Positions 27,065 through 33,515 of a stretch of DNA of 64,000 nt are shown here, piece by piece; position 1 is the first letter of the stretch; each line of letters opens with the position of its first letter. The translations under genes and the position numbers were made by a program. Source of the DNA: a virus (taxonomy: Duplodnaviria; Caudoviricetes); the IMG/VR virus record IMGVR_UViG_3300045000_000081, positions 3,736 through 67,735 of that record; one strand, given 5' to 3'. The notes under the pieces were generated by a model. That model worked only from the letters and a program-made list of their open reading frames with translations, had not been told where the DNA came from and did not search any database.

Positions 27065-27164
27065 GAAACTATGAGAGAAACTATGAGAGAAACTATGAGA
27101 GAAACTATGAGAGAAACTATGAGAGAAACTATGAGAGAAACTATGAGAGAAACTATGAGAGAAA
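27065..27164. repeat. 12-bp tandem repeat ATGAGAGAAACT x7 plus a partial copy
   Basis: Read directly; encodes (MRET)7. Confidence 0.95.
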
Positions 27165-27376
27165 AGAAACTTTTGCCAAGCGAAAAGCAATTGCTCGGAA
27201 TGAAATCCGGCCACGAATGGCGGGTTCGCCAACGGAGTGAATTGACCGCAGCAGTGAGGCACGCCGCCGAGGTCTATCTTTCGGGTTCTGCCTATACGCC
27301 GCCCACGGCGATGAGTCTTTCGGAATTGCTTCGCCACATGCGCGCGAAGCTCACCGTGAAGGAGTGGAGGCGATGA
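27071..27376 (+). CDS. hypothetical protein with N-terminal MRET repeats
   Basis: ORF; true start ambiguous among 8 in-frame ATGs. Confidence 0.6.
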   Translation: MRETMRETMRETMRETMRETMRETMRETMREKKLLPSEKQLLGMKSGHEWRVRQRSELTAAVRHAAEVYLSGSAYTPPTAMSLSELLRHMRAKLTVKEWRR

Positions 27377-27759
27377 GTAACTCAAGCGGATGGATTGGCG
27401 TGGACCTTGACGGGACGTTGGCGCGTTACGATGGGTGGAAAGGTATTGACCATATTGGCGAACCCATCCCAAAAATGGTGGAGCGCGTGAAGAGATGGAT
27501 TGCCCAAGGAAAGTCAGTTAGAATTTTCACCGCCCGGATGCACGGTCACGGACTTCCGATTGTGGGAGTAGGTCCGGCAGATGTGGTGACTCCTATCGAG
27601 AACTGGTGCAAAAAACATATCGGGCAAAAGCTTGAAGTCACCAACATCAAGGATTTTGGGATGCTCGAGTTGTGGGATGACCGGGCAATCGCTCTTGTGG
27701 TTAATACCGGGACTATTTCCTCGCAGGACCGAATCGCCGAGGAGCACGGGGGCCGATGA
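27373..27759 (+). CDS. HAD-family phosphatase (polynucleotide kinase phosphatase-like)
   Basis: WIGVDLDGTL, IFTAR, LWDDRA. Confidence 0.8.
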   Translation: MSNSSGWIGVDLDGTLARYDGWKGIDHIGEPIPKMVERVKRWIAQGKSVRIFTARMHGHGLPIVGVGPADVVTPIENWCKKHIGQKLEVTNIKDFGMLELWDDRAIALVVNTGTISSQDRIAEEHGGR

Positions 27760-28124
27760 AAGACGGACTCTTTCATAAAGACCTCGGATTCCCTCCCAAT
27801 GTGGACTGGTTGGAAGGACGGACATTCAACCTGCGGTATTCGAGGCACGCTAAGACGGCGTGCATGAGTGACCGCTATGGCTTCATCAAGCCGCCGGGGC
27901 TGCTCACGTTTCGTCGTGACCTACTTGTGGAAGTGGAGCTTTTTGGCGGCTGGGTCATCAAGGCGGTGGTGCGCGTGGCCTATGACGACACCTACGATTT
28001 GGTTCTTGTGGTTATGCCCGAGAGATACGGGGAAGCATTGGTGAAGACGTGCCGGCTGAATCGCAAGGACGACCCGCATAACACCCTTGACAGGTCGAAG
28101 TATCAGACTTACATTGTGTCATGA
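27756..28124 (+). CDS. hypothetical protein, possibly BECR/RelE-like RNase fold
   Basis: YSRHA...SDRYG N-terminus and beta-rich C-terminus ending LVKTC. Confidence 0.4.
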   Translation: MKDGLFHKDLGFPPNVDWLEGRTFNLRYSRHAKTACMSDRYGFIKPPGLLTFRRDLLVEVELFGGWVIKAVVRVAYDDTYDLVLVVMPERYGEALVKTCRLNRKDDPHNTLDRSKYQTYIVS

Positions 28125-28291
28125 TTTGGTTATTACTGTTCGTCTTTTGCTGTCTTCTGCGAGTGTTACTCGCGGTAGCGGTCCATTTTTTCCGGGCACT
28201 TTTCGACCCGGCCATGTGGGAAGACGCCCCGGCGAACCCGGTCAAACCCACTGTCCGTCCGCGTTCGGCGCATCGGCTCACCCGGGTATGA
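28121..28291 (+). CDS. small membrane peptide (56 aa)
   Basis: MIWLLLFVFCCLLRVLLAVAV; ATGA overlaps at both ends. Confidence 0.6.
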   Translation: MIWLLLFVFCCLLRVLLAVAVHFFRALFDPAMWEDAPANPVKPTVRPRSAHRLTRV

Positions 28292-28494
28292 AATTAGAAC
28301 TTCAATGTCGAAAGGGCTATCGCAATCCGGCGGGTCGATGGGGCATTTCAGTGTATCATGAGTCCGACCTCACGCTTATTCAACTCCGTCGTCGGGCGAA
28401 GCAGTATTCGATGTATGGGTTCCGACCGTATCGGGTATTCGACCGGGAAACCAATAGAGTGTTATATCAACCCCGGTTCGCCTCTCGGCCTTGA
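28288..28494 (+). CDS. hypothetical protein
   Basis: Start MKLELQC by ATGA overlap. Confidence 0.55.
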   Translation: MKLELQCRKGYRNPAGRWGISVYHESDLTLIQLRRRAKQYSMYGFRPYRVFDRETNRVLYQPRFASRP

Positions 28495-28658
28495 AAGTTT
28501 TACTCTCTACTTGTCCGAATCCCGAGTGTCTCACCGACCAAGAGGCCGCTATCGTAAGCGAGTGCGCCGTTTGCACTCCGCCTCACGCGGACGTGAAGTG
28601 CATTTTTTGTGGGTGGAGATGGTATGAGCCTAACCCGATGATTTATGAAAAGCCGTGA
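28491..28658 (+). CDS. 55-aa Cys-rich zinc-ribbon peptide
   Basis: Hand-translated from TTG; CPNPEC, CAVC, CIFC. Confidence 0.55.
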   Translation: MKVLLSTCPNPECLTDQEAAIVSECAVCTPPHADVKCIFCGWRWYEPNPMIYEKP

Positions 28659-28968
28659 TGAAAAACGATGGAAGCTGGTCAACAAGACCGCGAAACGCTA
28701 TGCCCGGGTTTTCGGATTGCGGCTTTGGAAGGTCCGTCCGCTTGGAAAGAAAACCGCAGGGCTATGCTGGTTTGACGGGAAGGTTTGCATTTCCTTGCGG
28801 GATAAAGACGGGCTGAGAGATTCTCATTTCGTGCTGGACACCATCGCGCACGAATTGGCGCACCTTGCTTTTTTCAATCACTGCGAGGAATGGGTCCGGC
28901 TGTTTGCGAAGATACTCCTCTGTATGGCTGAGGATAAAATGTTTGACAAGTTCCGACGAAGGTGGTAA
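28645..28968 (+). CDS. SprT/M48-like zinc metalloprotease
   Basis: TAGLC, DTIAHELAHL, NHCEEW. Confidence 0.75.
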   Translation: MKSRDEKRWKLVNKTAKRYARVFGLRLWKVRPLGKKTAGLCWFDGKVCISLRDKDGLRDSHFVLDTIAHELAHLAFFNHCEEWVRLFAKILLCMAEDKMFDKFRRRW

Positions 28969-28977
28969 CTTAATAGT

Positions 28978-29217
28978 ATGAGAATCTACGTGACTAAAGC
29001 GGACATTAAGAATGGTTTGCCATGCGAGTCTAAGATGTGTCCCATTGCCCTATCGATTCAACGGCGCTTCCCGAAGCGGTTCGTGTCGGCGGGACCTGCC
29101 GGGGTAATGATTGGATGGAGTAAATTTCTTTTGCCCACGGAGGCGGTAGCATTTATTTGTCGATTTGATAACCAGCCCACCGAACAAAAACTGTTCAGCT
29201 TCTTTCTTGGGGTATGA
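28978..29217 (+). CDS. small phage protein
   Basis: ATG 6 nt after TTGACA-N17-TAACTT (28943-28971); CPIALS motif. Confidence 0.7.
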   Translation: MRIYVTKADIKNGLPCESKMCPIALSIQRRFPKRFVSAGPAGVMIGWSKFLLPTEAVAFICRFDNQPTEQKLFSFFLGV

Positions 29218-29927
29218 AACGAGTTCTGGCCTATCTTCGGGTGTCCACGGCGGCGCAGACCGACGGAGACGGATTTCCGCGCCAGAAGGAAGCCTGCAAA
29301 GTCTTTGCCGAAGGCAGAGGATGGAACGTGGCCCGCTACTTTGAAGAGCAGCAATCGGGTAGCGACCAATTGTTTGACCGTCCCAAGATGCAGGAGTTGT
29401 TGGCGTTGTGCGGGGAGCAATACGACACGATTATTGTCGAGCGGGTGGACCGTATCGCGCGCGACATCGTCATTGCTGAACTTTTTTTCCGGGAGTGCAA
29501 GGCGCGAGGCGTGCAAGTATTCTCCGCAGATAGTGGCGAAGAGTTGGTCAACGCCACGGGCGACCCGACGCGCACGCTTATCCGGCAAATTTTAGGCGCA
29601 CTCGCGGAATGGGACAAGGCGCAGATTTGTAAAAAACTGCTGGCGGGACGGAAAAGAAAAAAGCTCGAAACGGGCAGACCATGCGGCGGTCCAAAACCGT
29701 ATGGGCGAAATGAAGAAGAGAATCTGGTCATTGATAAAATCATCCGGTTGGTTCGGCGCAAAAGGCATACGCTGGAAGCTATCGCGGGGAAGTTACAGTC
29801 TCAAAAGATTCCCACCCCCGGGGGTGCGACGAGATGGAGTCGCGGAATCGTTTTTAATATCGCCCGGGCCAATCAAAATCGTTTGCTGGGTGAGGACATT
29901 CCGCACATTCCTGATATTGATGGATGA
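29214..29927 (+). CDS. serine recombinase (resolvase domain plus short recombinase-domain segment)
   Basis: LAYLRVST catalytic motif, RQ, ERVDRIARD, GPKPYG. Confidence 0.9.
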   Translation: MKRVLAYLRVSTAAQTDGDGFPRQKEACKVFAEGRGWNVARYFEEQQSGSDQLFDRPKMQELLALCGEQYDTIIVERVDRIARDIVIAELFFRECKARGVQVFSADSGEELVNATGDPTRTLIRQILGALAEWDKAQICKKLLAGRKRKKLETGRPCGGPKPYGRNEEENLVIDKIIRLVRRKRHTLEAIAGKLQSQKIPTPGGATRWSRGIVFNIARANQNRLLGEDIPHIPDIDG

Positions 29928-30172
29928 AAGCGACGTTGAAAAATTTAAGTGAGCGGTTGGTGGAATTGGGGGTGCTGCCGCCGGATAGTGGGGGTATTCA
30001 CATTTCCAATCTTCCGGTGAATCTTGCGAAAGCTCTGCGGAGATTCGGGCGGGGGTGCTTGATGATTGTGACAGACGTTACTTTACCGTTGACTGGACTA
30101 AAAACATTGCGTATCGAAATCCGAGAAAATCAAAAGATTGAGGTCACTTATGTTCTCTCTTGCCATAATTAG
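29924..30172 (+). CDS. hypothetical protein
   Basis: ATGA overlap. Confidence 0.55.
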   Translation: MKATLKNLSERLVELGVLPPDSGGIHISNLPVNLAKALRRFGRGCLMIVTDVTLPLTGLKTLRIEIRENQKIEVTYVLSCHN

Positions 30173-30294
30173 CAAACTCAATACCCGGGCGGAGATTGGG
30201 AAAGCCCGGTTGCTCGCGAGGGCGATGAACAATCCCGGCGGTCACGCCAAATCGGTGGAGAAGGGGCATAGAATCCCCAAGAAACTGGGCGGCG

Positions 30295-30323
30295 TTGACA
30301 ACCAGAGATTGCCACGCATCTCT
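30295..30323 (+). promoter_or_regulatory. class II promoter upstream of the tRNA/ncRNA block
   Basis: TTGACA-N17-ATCTCT. Confidence 0.65.
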
Positions 30324-30347
30324 TCGGTAGTTCATTGAAATTTTTAC

Positions 30348-30423
30348 AGCGGGGTGGAGCAGTTGGTAGCTCGTCACGCTCATAACGTGAAGGTCGCTGG
30401 TTCGAGTCCAGCCCCCGCTACCA
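30348..30423 (+). tRNA. tRNA with CAU anticodon (Met-type), initiator-like scaffold lacking initiator determinants
   Basis: Full cloverleaf: AGCGGGG/CCCCGCU, anticodon arm UCACG-CUCAUAA-CGUGA, T-loop UUCGAGU, encoded CCA. Confidence 0.95.
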
Positions 30424-30855
30424 ATTTGATGTAAGAACGACGTGGGTAATCGTTCACGGGAAAAGTCCTGTCATCTCCGGTAGAAATCCGGCGTTCGGAC
30501 TACGATAAGATGTCCCAATTTTGGACTGTGGCGAAATAAAACGCGGGGACTACAAATCCCGTCACTGCCTTCGCAGCGGGTTTACTGGCGTGTAGGGATG
30601 AAAGAGCCTTACCAGTCTGATAATTTTTTCTCGTTTGGAGTTCTGCTCCTGACGGGAATCGCGCCAAGTGGGGAAGCACCCCGAGATTGACTGCATGAAG
30701 CTGCCGCGAAAGTTGGCACGGTCTAAACAGTCAAACGAGAACGTCATCGAGAATACGGCGCAAAGCCGGAGACGTGACAAGCCGGAGAGACGGCTTGCAA
30801 TTTCTCGGTCCGCGCCGAGACGGTAGTAAACTTCCGCGGAATAAGGAAAAACAAA
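30424..30855 (+). ncRNA. candidate structured RNA block
   Basis: No convincing ORF; many stems, e.g. TTCTCGTTT/AAACGAGAA, TTGACTG/CAGTCAA, CAAGCCG/CGGCTTG, TCTCGG/CCGAGA. Confidence 0.55.
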
Positions 30856-31137
30856 ATGGGACTGCAAATTGACGTATCATGGCCCGCCAATCCGGCGGGC
30901 AATCTGGTTCAGAACTACCAGATTTGGGAATCAAAAGACAATGGCGCGTTCAGCCTGAAAGCATCTGTGAGTGCCTCAACATTGACATACCAAATCCTGA
31001 ATCCGCTGCCGGGTTTTTACCGGTGGCAAGTGCGGGCGGTGAATTTTGTGGGCAATGGCCCCTTCAGCAATGTCGCGAACGGCGTGGACGTTCCTGACAA
31101 GGTCGGCGACCCGACAATCGTTTACGCTCAAAGCTGA
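30856..31137 (+). CDS. stand-alone fibronectin type III domain protein
   Basis: VSW, NYQI, YRWQVRAVN..GNGPFS Fn3 signature. Confidence 0.8.
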   Translation: MGLQIDVSWPANPAGNLVQNYQIWESKDNGAFSLKASVSASTLTYQILNPLPGFYRWQVRAVNFVGNGPFSNVANGVDVPDKVGDPTIVYAQS

Positions 31138-31140
31138 TTG

Positions 31141-31378
31141 AACATGGGGGAGGTCCGGTCTCGGAACCCGGTGAGAAGAGCTTGCTCGTCTCATGGTGTA
31201 AGGTAGCACACCCCCGACTTTTTCCTCGGTGCTCTGACATATCGCGGGACTCGCAGCAAATTACTGCTGACGCCGCGAGCGGGAGTCGAACAGGGCACCG
31301 AGAGACGCGGTGAATGGAGGATAACGCGGTCCGCGCCTCTAATGCCGAAAGGCATCTCCAATACTCCCGCTCACTTTA
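31141..31378 (+). ncRNA. candidate structured RNA with pseudoknot
   Basis: 12-bp stem 31225-31236/31291-31302; 10-nt complement 31277-31286/31363-31372; GAAA and CUUG tetraloop hairpins. Confidence 0.55.
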
Positions 31379-31381
31379 CAA

Positions 31382-31855
31382 ATGAAACGAGTATCTCTAA
31401 GCAAAGGATATGTGGCTATGGTGGACGACCCGGATTTTCCGGCGGTCTCTAAGTTTAGATGGCACGCACAGTTACGCGGGCGGCATGTATATGCTGCTCG
31501 AAATGTTTCCTCTGGGAGAATTAAACGCTTACAATATCTGCACAGATTTCTGCTGCCGGGAACCCCGTCGGTGGACCACATAAACGGGGATGGTCTGGAC
31601 AATCGACGGCACAATTTGCGCTCGGCAACGCAACAAGAGAATAGCCGCGCGTATAGAAAAAAACGAATCGGGGTAACTTCGGCTTATCGGGGGGTTTCTT
31701 GGGACTCCGAGAAGGCTCGGTGGGTCTGCCGGATACGGCATAACGGGAAACAACTTTTTTGCGGAAGATTTGATAGCGAAGAACAGGCCGCGCGCATGTA
31801 TGACTATTGCGCGGCTCTTTTATTTGGACCCTTCGCACAAGTCAACTTCGCATGA
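31382..31855 (+). CDS. HNH-AP2 homing endonuclease
   Basis: VDHINGDGLDNRRHNLR; AP2 YRGVSW...GRFDSEEQAARMYD. Confidence 0.9.
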   Translation: MKRVSLSKGYVAMVDDPDFPAVSKFRWHAQLRGRHVYAARNVSSGRIKRLQYLHRFLLPGTPSVDHINGDGLDNRRHNLRSATQQENSRAYRKKRIGVTSAYRGVSWDSEKARWVCRIRHNGKQLFCGRFDSEEQAARMYDYCAALLFGPFAQVNFA

Positions 31856-32637
31856 AGACGGCTCTGCTCTGGAACACTTATCTAAACGACCTTCACTGGT
31901 TTCGGTTCAGCGCGGCGAGCTTTACGAAGTTCGCGCGTGGGCGATTCAACACAGTCGCCTGCTTTGTTCCCACTCGTCATCGCGACAACTTCCGAGAGGT
32001 CTGTGAACATCATGGCATACTTCTCTTTGACCGCCCCGACTGGACTGATAAATCCTTTAACTGGCATCAGATGTGGCAGTGCCAAGCCGACCTCCTTTTT
32101 CCTGAGGCGGACGCCATCTGGCACATGGACGCAGACACCGTATTCGCTGCGCCGTGTGGGCCGGAGGACTGGATGCAGGAGGGCAAGTTGATTTGCCCTT
32201 ACGTGAATTTCGACCATCTTCTCGCGGTTGAGGGTCGCTTCGGAAACTGGCAGTGGAAATCTCGGGTGGACGACGCCATCGGTGGTGATGCGAAAATTGC
32301 GACTATGACGGGACACCCGCACTGCCATTATCGGAACGTCTATGTGAAAACTCGCGAGGAAGTGATTCGTCATACTCGCTCATGGGAGAAATATATTCAC
32401 CTTCAGCAAAATTGGTTTCCACAAGGTTTCTGTGAGTTTGAAACTCTCGGCTCCATTGCTCACCGATTCTACCCCGGAGACTACCATTGGCTTGACCTTC
32501 AGAAGAATATCCATCCATCCGTCGGTCGCGTCGCTCAATGCTATTCGCATGGCGGGCTGGACGCGCTTCATGAATTCCCCGCCTCGCTCGGCGGAAGACA
32601 GACCCCTCGACAGCTTTTTCAACGCCTTCAATTATGA
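31852..32637 (+). CDS. glycosyltransferase-like protein (DUF6492-like, GT-A fold)
   Basis: WHMDADTVF DxD motif; FCEFETLG; paralogue of the next gene. Confidence 0.6.
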   Translation: MKTALLWNTYLNDLHWFRFSAASFTKFARGRFNTVACFVPTRHRDNFREVCEHHGILLFDRPDWTDKSFNWHQMWQCQADLLFPEADAIWHMDADTVFAAPCGPEDWMQEGKLICPYVNFDHLLAVEGRFGNWQWKSRVDDAIGGDAKIATMTGHPHCHYRNVYVKTREEVIRHTRSWEKYIHLQQNWFPQGFCEFETLGSIAHRFYPGDYHWLDLQKNIHPSVGRVAQCYSHGGLDALHEFPASLGGRQTPRQLFQRLQL

Positions 32638-33515
32638 AACACCAATGCCTAATTTCCAGCTACGAGAAAGATTTCGTTTGGCTGGGTCCTTGTCTCTCTA
32701 GTTTGAAGAAATTTTCCCGCGGGTTTCTCTCGCCAGTAATTTCGGTCGCGACCTCCGATTTTGAGGGGGCGCGACGAGTCGTGGACCGCCATTTCCCGGA
32801 GGCGACTGTCATTATTAAGGATGGACCCGTGGGCAAGGGCAATCTTCGCGCTCAGGTCTCAATGATGAAGAGCGACCTTCTATGTCCCCATGCGGATTAT
32901 ATCTGGCTCGTTGGTTCGGATTGTCTGGTTTCATCCACGTTCACCCCGGAACCATTTTTTATGGCGGACCAGCCGGTGATGTTAATGAATTCTTACAACC
33001 ATCTGGCTAAGTTTCACGTCGGAACTTTGCCGTGGAGAGACGGTGTGAACAATGCGCTTGGATTTCGTCCCGACTTTGAATATATGAGGCGGCTTCCGCT
33101 TATGTATCACCGGGACGTGTTCAGTGCCACGCGCGGATACATCGAATGGTTGCACAAGAAGTCGTTCGAGGACTATGTTTATAGTGTGGGTAATGACCCG
33201 CGGGAACATCGTTCAGATTCGGCGAATTTCTCCGAGAGCAACGTGCTCGGGGCGTATGCTCACCGGTTTATGCCGGGCAAATTTCGGTGGATGGACCTCG
33301 ACGGCAGTGATGACCACTACGGAACCACAATGGAAAGATTTCCCAATCCGATGATTCAATTTTGGAGCCACGGAGGATTGGATTTCCCGTGTGATTGCAG
33401 TTTTAATTATCGTAACGCCGCTCGCGACGGGCAGCAAGTTCCGTGGAATTGCACCTTTGGGAAAACCCCCCGGCACGTCATCACGGATATTTTAGGACCC
33501 GATGCTCTCGCCTGA
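32634..33515 (+). CDS. glycosyltransferase-like protein (DUF6492-like)
   Basis: QVSMMKSDL, LVGSDCLV, FSESNVLG; same layout as the upstream paralogue. Confidence 0.6.
   Translation: MKHQCLISSYEKDFVWLGPCLSSLKKFSRGFLSPVISVATSDFEGARRVVDRHFPEATVIIKDGPVGKGNLRAQVSMMKSDLLCPHADYIWLVGSDCLVSSTFTPEPFFMADQPVMLMNSYNHLAKFHVGTLPWRDGVNNALGFRPDFEYMRRLPLMYHRDVFSATRGYIEWLHKKSFEDYVYSVGNDPREHRSDSANFSESNVLGAYAHRFMPGKFRWMDLDGSDDHYGTTMERFPNPMIQFWSHGGLDFPCDCSFNYRNAARDGQQVPWNCTFGKTPRHVITDILGPDALA

Noticed and set aside
27065-27164. CRISPR array
   Set aside because: Head-to-tail 12-mers with no spacers. No repeat-spacer array or cas operon anywhere in the window; the DUF2800 nuclease is a replication-module protein.
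30420-30480. theta/HDV-like ribozyme at the tRNA 3' end
   Set aside because: Only a simple hairpin follows the CCA; I could not build the nested double pseudoknot.
30455-31180. RNase P RNA (GGGAAAAGTCC and GGAACCCGG look-alikes)
   Set aside because: Both motifs deviate from the P4 consensus and are separated by a protein-coding gene.
30700-31275. c-di-GMP-I riboswitch (GCAAAGCC, GGTCTAA, GCAAA...GACGC fragments)
   Set aside because: The fragments are out of order or lack the intervening P2 helix.
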